Positions 20,260 to 32,527 of a DNA stretch of 64,000 nucleotides are shown one piece after another. Origin of the DNA: Amoebophrya sp. A120 (lineage: Eukaryota > Protista > Dinoflagellata); the NCBI GenBank assembly GCA_905178155.1, contig CAJINV010000011.1, positions 2,375,331 to 2,439,330 on the forward strand, in the 5' to 3' direction. The position numbers were made by a program, and so were the translations under genes. Position 1 is the stretch's first letter, and every line of letters starts with the position of its first letter. The notes below the pieces were generated by a model. It did no database searches, was not told where the DNA came from, and worked only from the letters and a program-made list of their open reading frames with translations.

Positions 20260-23200
20260 GCGCGCCCCTCGGGCCGCGCCGTATCCTTGCCCGCGGGCTG
20301 GGGTCCCCGCCCGTTGGCCGGGCCTCTGGCGGAGCGGCGCCCGCCGGCCTCTCTTCGGGCAGGCCGGCGCGCAGGGGCCCCTGGTGGAAGCGCGTGCCGC
20401 GCGAGTGCCCCTGGCCTGCACCGATTTCCGCGCGCCGGCTGGCCCTTGGGGCCGAATTAGATAGTGGCGCGCCCGGATTCTTTCTGCCTGCGGTGCAAGT
20501 GCCCGCGGGGCCATGTTCGTTTTGGTTTCTCTCGCTCACCCTAAGGAGCGCCCGCGCGCCATTCCTTTTTTAATAAGAGGCGGCGGCGCCCGCGCCCCAT
20601 GAGAGCCTGGCATGCGCGCAGGCCCACCTGGTTGCCGTGTGCGGCAAAGCTGCTAGCCCCATGGGTGGTCAGAGGCTACGTGAGCAACGGTGGCCGGACA
20701 TGAGAAGCGTCTGTCTCCGCCCGCTGGTGCCGATGGCTCACCGAATAACGTTGAGCCTTTTCTCGCGCGGAAGAAAAGTGGTGCCAGATGTGGGCGTCGG
20801 AGTCGAGCTCGGGTGATCCATGTTGGTGATATTCAAAGTAGAGCGCACTACTGTGGACCATGAGAAGCCAACTGGTAATATTAGCAACAAGTGTTGCTCA
20901 TGTGGTCGTTTTCTCAGAGATGAAGGCAAGTGCTTTATTGTTGCGACGCGCAGATGTCGTGCTGCGGATGTAAGTAGTATGAGAGCGCTTGTTGGAGTTT
21001 GACAGAGAGGGAGATAGAGATGTAGAACGAATCTTATTTGCAGACGACAAGGAAGGACATGCATTTCTACACCTACTCGTAGTCCTACACGTCAATAGCG
21101 AGACGCAGTGTATGGGTATAGCGAGTTTGAGTTGGTGCAGCAAAGATGTGTGCCGTAGGCGAAGCTGAAGCAGCCGCGGGGGCGTCCGCGCCAAAGCTTT
21201 GGGCGGGACGGACTGGGCCCGCGGGCGGATTCCAGAAGCTGTTCAGGCGACCTCCTTCGGCCGGGGTGGTTCGCTGTTCCTTCGGGTTATCGTTTTCGCC
21301 CAACCATGGCCACCGCCAAGGCCGCGCGCTGCGTGTCGCCTCCTATCCTTTGTCGGCCTGTTTGCCGGGTCGCGTTGCTGTTTCTGGCGGGCCAACAAAC
21401 GCACGCAGGAAAGCCGGCAGGCCCTACCACCCCGCGATGCCTTCGCGGGGCATGTCGGCCGCCCGAGGAATTGCGCCTGCCCGAGGCGGCAAAGGGCGCG
21501 CAAACTAAAGGCCGAAGCTCCTGGATTTTCATGCAGCGCACTCGAAGATGGCAAGCACGACCCGCGAAGGGCGGCGGCGTTCTCGGCGTATTGGCGCACC
21601 CGCGAAGGGGCTGGCGCCTCGTAGCCGATGGCCCGACCGAGGGCGAATGAAACATGGGCGCCGCCTGCGCCAGGGCGTGGGTGCCGGCCGACTCTTGGGC
21701 CTGCCCACCCTGCGGCTGGCAAATCAGTTGCGGGCCCCGTGGGCATCGGCATGGGCTGCCGCGGCTCTTCTAATCATTTTCGCGCACCGCCTTGCGAGTC
21801 CGTGGGCCCTTGCTTGGGCGAAGCAGGTTTATGCCCGGCGCAGCCCAGCCGGTGTACGCAGGCAGCGGGCTGCTGTTGTTAGCGCACTGCGCGATGCATT
21901 TGCCGCTTTTGGGTGTTTAAGAAATATAACTGTAATGGCACCTGACTGAGGAGAGAGCAGCAGGAGCAGCCCGACGTTTTCTTTAGCAAAAGTCCGTCGG
22001 CCCTGCGGCCGTGCGGGTCATTGTTCTCCAGAAGCTTGCGCGGTCTGTCCCGCATCAAAATCTCTTCGTTAATTGAGTATGATGCCCGGCCGTGGTTGAC
22101 ATAATTTTTTGTCACACCAATGTGAAATCGCAAAAGCGGTCAGCGCAGCGTGTTGAAACGGAGCAGGGGCTTTTCGCACAACAAATCTATAGCCAGGATT
22201 TGGGTGTTACATGATGAGATGTAAAGTAGCCTTCGCCTCCATGAGGACCCCACTCAGAGTGATCGGGTGCCGTGCCAGGGGTAAAAACGACGAGTCTATG
22301 AGTACGATGCTTTTTGCCTTACGACGTCGTGGTCACGAGCCAGTGAGAGGTTTTTCGTCTAGGGCCTGTTGAGAGATACGTTGAGACGCACTGGCGACCA
22401 TGCAGAAAGAGCAATGCGACCGCGCTGTGTAGTAGATGCGTGAAACAGACTATGCTTTTATCTAGTCATTCTAGTCAGGTTGGCTATAGTGACTATCCAG
22501 CACGCATGCAAAAATGGGCGTCGTAAGCCGAGGGGAGAGGCCGCTGCTTTGGTTCTGCCTCTGGTGCGTGGGAAGAAACCGCGCGCCGGGCCGCCGCTTG
22601 TAGGAGATCTGCGTGGGGACACGTGGGCCACCTGCGACGACGCGCCGGCGCGTGGCTATCCGCAGCGGGCGAAAGGAGCGCCAGCAGCCGCGCGAGGGAC
22701 GCCCGACCGAGGCCCGAGGCTTGCCTCGGGGGGTGCTTCTCCGATGTACTAAGCGCGCGACGCGAACCCGGAACGGATCGAGCTCGACCACGCTCGCAGC
22801 TTCGATCGCCCGCCGGGTGGCTGGGCCATTTCTTTTTATTTTGCTTCGTTCCGTGTGTCTTTGCGAAGATGCGCGGCGTCGCTTCCCAGCCAGGCCGCGC
22901 GCTACAGCCTTCCGCCCCTGGCTGTGGGACTGCCGTCGCCCTCGGGCTGGCGCTTAGCCAGGGGGACGGCACCGCCGCACCGTGGTCAGTGCCCCCCCTG
23001 CCAAAAAACATTGGCGCCGCCTGTGCCAAGACATGCGCGCCGGCTTGTTCGTTGGGCCCGCCGTGCGACAAATCAGCGTTGCTGGGCCCCGGGGGCATTA
23101 GCTGCCGTGGATCTAATCTTCGATCGCGCGCTGTTGTGCGTTAGCCCATCTTGGGCGGGGCAGGCGCGTGCCTGGCGCGGCGCGGCTGGTGTATGGCAGC

Positions 23201-23916
23201 AGCCGTCGGGCAGCCGTGTTGTAATTCCAAGTAGGTTTTGCAAAATCGCGACAGAGAATCGCTGTGGTGTCTCCTCTAAACTAAAAAGCGCCTTGTGACG
23301 TACTAACGACCATCCGCTAGGGGCGTTTTGTCTGTTCGCGCTCATCCATTTGCTGTAATTTTGAACCGCGGCTGGTGCCTCTATTTTTTGTGGCTCGCAG
23401 TGACTCACTCGGAGCAGCAGCAGATCACGGAACTCAGGTTCTTTTGTTTGGCAGGCGTCCGGTTGCGTTTATGTAGTCGTGATCTTCATGGTTCTTGCGG
23501 AGTCAAAAAGATCTGGCATTCGGATGAAAACAAGAGCATGCGGATGAAAGCGTCTGTGCTACCGTGCCTCGGACAACGATCTTTGGTTTGGACAGCGATC
23601 AATGTTTTGTTGTCGTCAGTCTGACTGTAGTTGACATGTCGCGCCACCTGAGTCCTCTCCTGTTCTTGATGTTCATATAAGAAAGTCATAAGATCACTAC
23701 AATACTACTAGCTACATCTACGTCTTGATTCATGTCTTTGCCTAGGGCGCGACGCGATTCGCACTCGTGCGTTCCAAAGAAACACCGTATGAGGCTACAA
23801 AATCATTGAGTCAGAACACCTTAACGAAGTAACTTACATTTATCACACAGTTTTCGTGGCTCCCAGATGTGCCTACTTTACCTTTAGTTTGGTTTTCTTG
23901 TACTTTACAGGCAAAC

Positions 23917-26900
23917 ATGAAGCTTGCTTCCGGACCTGCTTGCCAGCAGCTCGGGCAGATAGCCATTCAGGTGATCGGCTACGAAGTTATCGGGCAGCAG
24001 GATCATGGAGGAAACAATTTTGGAGCTACTGGAAGCTCCTACGCTCAACCATTTGCTGCCAAACTTTCGTCCATGCTAACGAACCTGCAGAACCGGGTCA
24101 CCCAGTACGTCGTTTACGAAGTCGCAGTGGAGGCGGAAGGACTCAAATGGACCAAAAAACTACGATTTTCCCACTTTTCCATGCTGTTGGAGTTACTGCA
24201 AAGCAGGTAAAGATTTTTACACCTACTAGAGATGTGCATTTGATGTACTAGAACTGCGTACTTTTTTTATGTGCCTAGTTAGCACGGTTCAACGTCTCAT
24301 CTTCCTCCCAAGGACGTGTTCATTATTGTCGCTAAAATGGCCACTCTTTAGGTACAACAACATTCCATCCGACCTTTTTCCACGCAAAACGCTGGTTCGC
24401 TCCGTGGAAGCGCAGCACCTGAACACCCGTGTGCGGCAGCTAAACGAGTTTTTTCTGGTGATCTGTCGCAACCGACTCGACATTTTGCGCACGTGCGTCG
24501 AGCTCTGGCAGCTGTTTGATTTCCACGTGCATGTCCCGGATGTGTTTGGCGTCCCGAGTAGAGCACAAGCCTACGCCGGTGCAACGACATCATCAACCCT
24601 AGGACCGTCCCCTAGTTCGTCGTCAACCTCGACCTCCGTTGGTGGACTGCTGTACCAAGAATCTGTTCCGGCCCTCACCTCCACTGTGAAAGATGCGTTT
24701 TTCGGGGTCAAAGACTTCCACCTGGACACGTCGCAGTCACTGTTGATTCTTGCGACGAACGACTACAGCATGCAGTCGAAGCTCTCCGTCGCCGCGGAGG
24801 GAGGCTGGCGCGTGATGAAGGAGGGGGTTGCGCGGTTCTGGGGCGAGGTCTCGTCCCAAGCCACTGGCGGAGGGAGCGTGCAGCGGCAGCACAGCAATCC
24901 ACAGAACTCCTCCGTGAACAATCCGATGTATTGGCAAACGGCTTCCCCAAGCTGGCTCAACACGGCCGCGGATCAACCCGGTCCGCATCAGCAACAGTCG
25001 GGACCAGACGTGGATTTTCAACAGCAGCAACTACTCCCGCCAACGTCACAAGCGTCCCCCGTCGCAGGAGTTTCTTCCTCCTCTACTTCCATGAAGAATC
25101 CGCCGTCGTGGCGGGTGTCGCTGCACCATTCGGACGACCGGCCGATGTCGGCGCTCACCTGCTACAAGGGGTCGAAGGAGTATCACTTTGACCAGCAGTG
25201 GCGCGTGCATTTTCAGTCCCAGATTCAGTGCTTTTGCGCCCGGGACAACTTTTCCTTCGTCGGGTTGAAAGACGGCACGGTCGGGGTCGCGAGCCTCGTT
25301 CTCGAAGCGAAGGAACGGCGAGACACGGCGCTGCTGCCGAGGTTTGTGCACGCGGCACCAATTTCGGCCATTGGCTGTGCCCCGGAACTGGAGATGTTGA
25401 ACAGCGGTGGTTCGTCTGCCGCGGGCGGGAGTTCTGGGAGCTCCCGGTGTGCGATGATGGTTTACACTGGGACCGTCGACGGGAAGATCTCGGTGTATTC
25501 CTGCAGCCAGTCGCGCATACTCGCGGAGCTTCTGTTGCCGCTGTCCGAGGTGGGAAGCTCCGCGACAGTGCAGTACTACGCGACCGTGATGAAGGTACAA
25601 CTACAAGTTGTACGTAGATGATGTACTTCATCCCAATAAAAAATGCGACTCGAATATGAATGAGTGAAGAGGCTGAGGCATAAAGATCTGCAAAGCCGTT
25701 GCTACTTCGCAACAAGAGGTACTTCCTAAGTGCGACGAGAGGCATATGCCACTGATATCGATGGAGATACGACGGAAATTGATATTGAAGTAAAGGTCAT
25801 ACAAAAGCTACACGACAACTACTAGGTTCACGGGCGCTACCTCTTTGTGGGCACGAATTTGGGCAGCGTTGTGATTTTCACCGGAGTTGGGAGTACCAGT
25901 TTGCAGCTGCACCGCACCCTCGTTGCCGACCACGTGCGGGAAAGCAATGGCTTGGCGATCGAGTCACTCTGGCACTCGCCAGTCGCCGTGCGGGACCTGT
26001 TGCTGTACCCCGTGCAGCTTGATGAACGAGAAACGGGAAGCTTGTACACCAATGCAAACAACCCAACTAGTACAACTTCTCTCGACCACCAGGAATTCCA
26101 GCCGGGACAGAAACTGCAGGACCTTCCGCTTGGCGTCCAGCATGATAGTGCGACAACGTCAAACACAGCCCTGGCGAGGCCGCAGAAGTCGCCTGATGTC
26201 GATCCGAACCTGCGGCTCTTCGTGGCGCTCCGCGACGGGATTCAAGTGTGGCTGTTTCCGGAGTGCCGACAGGTTGGCTACCAGAGCAAGAACCGCGACG
26301 CGTCGCAGGCGGACAGCAGCGTCGTACGGTGCATCACCTTGCGGGAAAGCACACGGGAACTGCTCGTCGGTTTTGACGACGGTACTGTTGCCAGCTACGA
26401 TTTAGAGTCGAGCCACCAGTTGTCGGCCTTTCCCGCGCATTTCGACGAGGTGAAAGGGAATAAAACGAGTTTCACAGAACAATTACGGCAAAGCACGAAC
26501 GCCATATACAACAACACCTCGGGAGCCGCGGTTGCGCACTTGCAAAATAGCCGGACCACGAGCAGTTCAAGTGGTCCTTCTACCGCCGAGCAGATGAGTG
26601 TTATGGACCAGCAGGCGCAGCAGGCGTTTGGCCACTACGGCTGCGGCACACCGGTCACGCGAATCGAGGTCATTCCGAACACGGATTTTCTTCTCACGAG
26701 TGGCAAGGACCGGTGCTTGAAAATATGGCGGTGTCCGGACGGCGAAAATGCAACGGGGTCTATCAGTAGAACCCACGCAGAACAGCGGGCTATGGACGCC
26801 GTGCAGTGGGCCTTGGACCGCGGTCCCGGACCTCCGGGCTTTGGAGGGGGAAGTAGTAGTAGTGCGGGGGAAGTGGGGGTTGCAGCGTCGAGAGGTGGCG

Positions 26901-26983
26901 CAGGTAGTTCAGCGTATCCCACGGTGCACCCGCCAGTGCTTACAACTATGCCATTGCCCGTGCGAGATGAGTACATTAGCTGA
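23917..26983 (+). CDS. PX-domain + WD40-repeat protein, 3 exons
   Basis: The PX motif YVVYEVAVEAEGLKWTKKLRFSHFSML..RYNNIPSDLFPRKTL..LNTRVRQLNEF spans a GT-AG intron (~24207-24351). WD40-like repeats include VYTGTVDGKISVY, LLVGFDDGTVASYD and FLLTSGKDRCLKIW. Second intron ~25595-25825. Confidence 0.85.
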
Positions 26984-27521
26984 GTCTAGTACTCAATCAG
27001 AGTAGTGAAGTGCAGCGACATAGCATTATATTAAGCGCCATGAAATCGTTTGTCGACTTGCATCTTCTACTCGAGGTTGGTTTAGTCCGAGATGTTTTTT
27101 TTCCATGGTCACTGTGTATGTGTTCTGCAGAAGGGCAGTGAGACTTTTTTTGAAGATATTGTTTGGTATTGTTTCGAAGCATACAAAAAATACATCTGCG
27201 GGAGCAGAAAGTGAACGCGCGAGTCGGTTTTTTTTCCTGCGTGTTTCGTTTTATTCAACGTGTACAAAAAAGTCTTTTTGTCTTGTTGCTGGACTTGATC
27301 TTTAATTATACCTAGGTAACTCCACTGTAACTGATGCACGACCGGGATGAGATTCAAATCTTCTTTTCCCGGCAGAAAAAAAATCAGGAACACCAGTACT
27401 CCTCGTTGTGTAGAAAACCCGTGGGCGGTCATACCCTGACCTCCTGCTGCTCTGCGTGAGCAAAAATCTAACGAACACCTCCAAATAATTCCGTCAAACA
27501 CGACAGAACACCATTACAAAA

Positions 27522-30500
27522 ATGAGTTCGCAACCGTACGACCGTTCCCGGCAGGCCTACTCGCAACTGCAACGCGAGCGGCTTTCCGCCGACTGCTCCT
27601 ATTATCTGCCGGACGTGTTGAGAAATCCGAAGCGGCAAATCGATGAGAAATCCAACTTCGAGATTGACGACCGCATCAAGGCTCTGTTCCCAACCACCTG
27701 CCAGAGCAAAGCGGTGCAGTTTGTCCCCGGTGGAACGTTAGCGGGATCTGCGCCGCTGCGCATCGGTGCCGTCTTGTCCGGTGGACAAGCACCAGGGGGC
27801 CACAACATTGTGGTCGGCATCTACGACCAGGCGAAAAGGTAGGATTTTTGACAAGGAGCTTCTCGTATTGACGACTTTCTCTTTTGCGTATCGCAATAAA
27901 AAAACGCGTCACTTGTTGTCCTAAGTCATCAACAAGTGCAAAACATAAACTAATGTATCATACCAGGATCCATCCCGACTCCGTCGTTTTTGGTTTCCTG
28001 GACGGGCCGCACGGGATCTTTGCCAGCCAATACGTGCAGCTGAACGACGAGATCATCGACGGCTTCCGCAACACGGGGGGCTTCGACATGCTGGGCAGCG
28101 GCCGGCACAAGATCGAGACCCCGGAGCAATTCGAGAACTCGCTCAAATGCTGCCTGTATGCAGTGCAAAAGTATCGTACTCGTAGTAATTGCAGTCATGC
28201 ATGACGAATCTGGTTCTTTAGCCCATTCAGCAGTTCAAATTCCATTTTTCCTTGTGGACAAATTTGTAATGCTATTTCTACTAGTACGATATTTTTGCAA
28301 TGCATAGCCTGGAGCTGAACCTCGACGGCCTGGTGGTGATCGGCGGCGATGACAGCAACACCAACGGTGCGGTGCTCGCGGAGTACTTTCGCTCCAAAAA
28401 TGTGAAGACGAAAGTCGTCGGTTGTCCGAAGACGATCGACGGGGACCTGAAGGTGCCGCCCTACATTCCCGTGTCGTTTGGATTCGACACGGCGTGCCGA
28501 ACCTACGCGGAGCTTGTCGGGAACGTTGCGGTGGACTCGCTGTCCGCACAGAAGTACGAATTTTTTTTTCGTAGCATGTTCTTTCGATAGTTGGTTCAGT
28601 TTCCCCTCAAGCCTACTTTGACTCCCTTGAAAAACTGCTACAAACAAAATTGAAAATCAAAATCTTCTATCTACTTGTACTTGATGAGGTACTACCATTT
28701 CGTCCGTTTGATGGGCCGCAGCGCCAGCAACATCGCCCTGGAGGTCGCGCTGCAGACTTGTGCGAACGTCTGCCTCATCGGGGAAGAGGTGGCGGAGAAA
28801 AAGCAAACGCTCAAGGAACTGACGACCCAAATCGTCGACGTTATCTGCAAGCGCCACAAGGAGCAGGGCAAGCACTACGGCGTGATTCTTCTCCCAGAGG
28901 GACTGATCGAGTTCATTCCAGAATTCGAGGCGCTGATCAAGGACATCAACGAAATCTTGGCGAAGGACGGGATCGAGGCGACCGAAGCCTCGGTCGTGCC
29001 TCACCTCGAGCCCCAGAACAAGGAGGCCTTTCTCTACCTCCCCGAATTCATCCGTGGGCAGCTGCTGCTAGACCGCGATCCCCACGGGAACGTACAGGTG
29101 GCGAAGATCGAGACCGAGAAACTGCTTGCTGCCACGGTCCGGAAGGAACTCGAGGAGAAATTTGGGGAAAAGCTGGCACATATGCATTGCAAAAGTATCG
29201 TACTGTGTGTAAATAGTATGGCAAATTTTCTCAACAAGAAGAAAACTGAGACTTTTCATGCAGATTCCTTCGGGTAGAAAAGCACATTTGTCATGCACGA
29301 CAGCAAGTCATACAAGTGCGATTCTTTTGCAGTGGATAGCACACATGATTTTCAACCCGCAGTTCCACTCCTTTGGCTACGAGGGCCGCGCCGGCCTGCC
29401 GAGCTTCTTCGACGCGTCCTACTGCTACGCCCTGGGGTCCACCGCGAGCTCGCTGCTGGCAAACAACGAAACGGGCATGATTGCGTCGGTGAAAAACCTG
29501 TTGGCGCCCATCGCGGAGTGGGAGTGCGGGGGAGTGCCGGTCACGGCGCTCTGCGTGATCGAGCGGAGGAAGGGGAAAGACAAGGCGGTGATTGAAAAGG
29601 CGCTCGTGGACATGTCCGGGGCGCCGTACAAAATCTGGACCTCGCTGCGGGAAAAGCTGGCGCTCGCCGACTGCTACCGGATTCCAGGTATGAAAAGATG
29701 CGTTATTCTTATTACGTTTTTGGACACCGACGAGGCGACTGTAAATTTTTTTCTGTGCTCTTTCCAAATGCATCAAGAAAATGAATGATGTGACCACCTT
29801 TGCTGGAGGTACTTGTTCAAATCCACCAATTCCCATTCAGGCCCGCTACAATTCTCGCGCGACTGCCCGCACTCGCAGGAGATTCCGATCACGCTCGCCC
29901 TGGAGCTCGGCGGCGGCTACAAATTCCCCGTGCAGGACGCGGCGCTGACCTCGTACAAGATTGACTTCCCGACGCAGGGCGACAAGTTCCTGCAGTTCGG
30001 AAACCGGCCGAGGTCGGAATTGCAAGCCTGGCGCAGCACCCAGCCGTACGCGGTCCCGAAAGTGTTCGCGGACGGCGGCAAGCCCGCGGTCGTTGCAGCG
30101 GAGGACAAGAAGTGCAGCATTCCGTGCGCAAAGTACGTCCCGTCGATTTCCGCGGTGAGCGGTTTGGTGCATCTCGGCGCGGGGGAAACCAGTACCACGA
30201 CCGACTGCAAGGTCGGCATCATCTACTGCGGGCGGCAAACCCCGGGCGCGGCCGACGTGGTCGTCGGGCTGGCCGAGTGCCTGCAAAAGTTGGAAGCGGC
30301 CAGTCCGGCCAAGAAGAAGGTGGAGGTGTTGGGCTTCGTCGGCGGGACGGCCGGGTTCTACACGAAATCCTACCTGAAGCTCACCGCCGACGTGCTCGCG
30401 AACTACAAAAAAACCGGCGGTTTCGAGCTGCTCGGTCGCTCCGAGGACCGGTTTAACGAACTGGACAAAATCAAGGCCGTGTGCAAGGAGCTGCAGTTGA

Positions 30501-32527
30501 CGGGGTTGGTTTTGGTCGGCGGCTGCACGACCGCGACGGACGCCTGCTACCTCGCGGAAAATTTGTACGCGAGCAACATCTCCGTCGTCGCCGTCCCGGC
30601 GTCCATGGGGGGCGAGCTTTCCAACGCGTTCTGCGAGCAGCCCCTGGGGTTCGACTCGGTGACCAAAGCCACCGCGCGTTTAGTGGGTAACACGGCGATC
30701 GACGGGAGCTCGGCGCGCAAGTATTGGTACTTTCTGCGGTCGATGGAGGGCCCGACCCACTCGAGCCACGTCACGCTGGAGGTAGGGTTGCAAACGAAGC
30801 CGAACCACTTGGTGCTCGGCGAGCAGGTGCTGCAAGAGGGCTTTTCGCTGAAGGAGATCGTGTCCCAGATCGCGGTATCAATTGTAAAAATGTCTGGGTC
30901 TGGAAGAATTCATGTTTGTCATGCTTGTCTGGCATGACTCTTAAATCTGTCATGCACATTACCCAAGAGCTCCGTTTTTCTGTGATGCAGAAGCGCAGTT
31001 TGTCATGCAGAATAGGCAACAGCGAGAAGGTCGGGAACTTGTCATGCTGAGCTAGCACTTGTGGCCTCCTCATAATACGCCGCCCAGCATCACAAGTTTC
31101 CAGACCCAGACATTTTTACATTTGATACGCGGACGTGGTGGAGAATCGGTGGCAGAACGGGAAGAAGAATTTCGGGACCGTATCCAACGGAAAAATCCCC
31201 CCTCCCCATATCGAAATGGAAATCTGTGATGCAGGATTTGAGGTACCAAACCGACTTGTCATGCTAGAAGGCCAAGAGCCGCAGTCGTGGTCTCGTTTGC
31301 AGGCACTTTGTCATGCTGTTTCCCACTCGCAGCTGCCTCCTATCATGCTGAAGATGCAAGGCTCCCCCACGCCACCCAGCACTACAGTCCGCATCTTTTC
31401 CCGTGTAGCATGACAAAGCTGATTTGTGACAACAAATCTGCATCACAGATTTCCGTTTTGATATGGGGAGGGGGGATTTTTGCTCTCAATAGACCGTGTT
31501 GATTCCCGACGGGCTGCTCTTCAACGTGATGGAGTTGCGCGTGTTGATCAGCGAGCTGGACAAGTTGCACTTCGGGCGTTTAGGGCTGTGCTCCCGCACG
31601 ACGCAGCAGTTCGGCGATTCCTCTTCCGCCTCTTCCTCCGACGGCGATTTCGAGCGCATCAGCTCCTCCGCCGAGGACAACGGAGTGGTTGTCGTGGGCG
31701 AAACCATCACGGAAAAAAAAGCCAAGGCGTCGTCCACCCCCGACGTCGACAAGGTTGCGCAGTTACTAACGCCATTTTCCCGGGCGCTGCTCCAGCAACT
31801 CCCGGATTACGTGGTGCACGGCATGTTGGACGCCAAGCTCCGGGGGAACAGCAAGGTGAATCTCGCTTTGATCGAAACCGACCGGATGCTCGCCGACATG
31901 GTGAAGCTGGAGCTGAAGTCCCGGGCCTCCTACAAGGGATCCTTCTCCCCCGTGTGCCAGTTCCTCGGGTACCAATCCCGGTGCACCATGCCCTCGGATT
32001 TTGACAGCAACTACGGATATGCCCTCGGTTGCGCCTCCGCGAGTTTAATCCTCGCGAAGAAGACGGGCTACCTCGCCACGCTCTCTTCCCTGTCCAAGCC
32101 GGTGGCCGAGTGGCACGCGGGCGGTGTGCCGCTGAGCGCGTTATTAAGCGTTCCTTTGTCGACGACAACGGTGGCCGCGGCGTCCTATGTGAACTCCACG
32201 AACGAGAAAACCTTGCCGAAAATCCAGCCGGCCCGGGTGGACCTGTCCGCCGAGGCCTGCAAGGCGTGGTCCAAGATCGCGGGGCAGTGCGCGGCCGAGG
32301 AAATGTACGAAAACCCCGGTCCGGTGCAGTTCATCGGGGACTGCGCGTCGCGGATCTCCGAGCAACTCAAAATCGCGGAAAAGGACTACTTCTCGTCGCT
32401 CAACGCGGTCAAACGGTTGCTTGCGGACATTGAGAAGGAGTGTCCGCCGGGGTGCAACCCGAAGCGGTTGCGGGTCGCGAACAGCAGTTTGGAGAACCTG
32501 AAGTTGGTGTTGGAACAGATTCCGTAG
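27522..32527 (+). CDS. PFK: Pyrophosphate-dependent phosphofructokinase, fused catalytic (beta-like) and degenerate (alpha-like) halves
   Basis: Motifs [57 protein letters not shown] and FGYEGR. The second half is a diverged repeat ([26 protein letters not shown]). Three GT-AG introns and four introner-like elements. Confidence 0.95.
28157..28306. mobile_element. Introner-like element family C, 150 bp
   Basis: TATGCAGTGCAAAAGTATCGTACT...AGTACGATATTTTTGCAATGCATA; DR GCCTG; removal gives [12 protein letters not shown]. Confidence 0.93.
29181..29338. mobile_element. Introner-like element family C, 158 bp
   Basis: TATGCATTGCAAAAGTATCGTACT...AGTGCGATTCTTTTGCAGTGGATA; DR GCACA; removal gives [12 protein letters not shown]. 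Confidence 0.92.
30876..31127. mobile_element. Introner-like element family A, 252 bp
   Basis: TATCAATTGTAAAAATGTCTGGGTCTGGAA...TTCCAGACCCAGACATTTTTACATTTGATA; DR CGCGG; removal gives QIA-DVVENR. Confidence 0.94.
31181..31491. mobile_element. Introner-like element family B, 311 bp
   Basis: TATCCAACGGAAAAATCCCCCCTCCCCATATC...GATATGGGGAGGGGGGATTTTTGCTCTCAATA; DR GACCG; removal gives [11 protein letters not shown]; near-identical reverse complement of 43118-43429. Confidence 0.95.

Noticed and set aside
20026-23298. Many overlapping Arg/Ala/Gly/Pro-rich ORFs on both strands
   Set aside because: Expected from stop-codon scarcity in very GC-rich DNA; no domains. The same applies to 4200-5460, 6936-8400 and 33371-34907.
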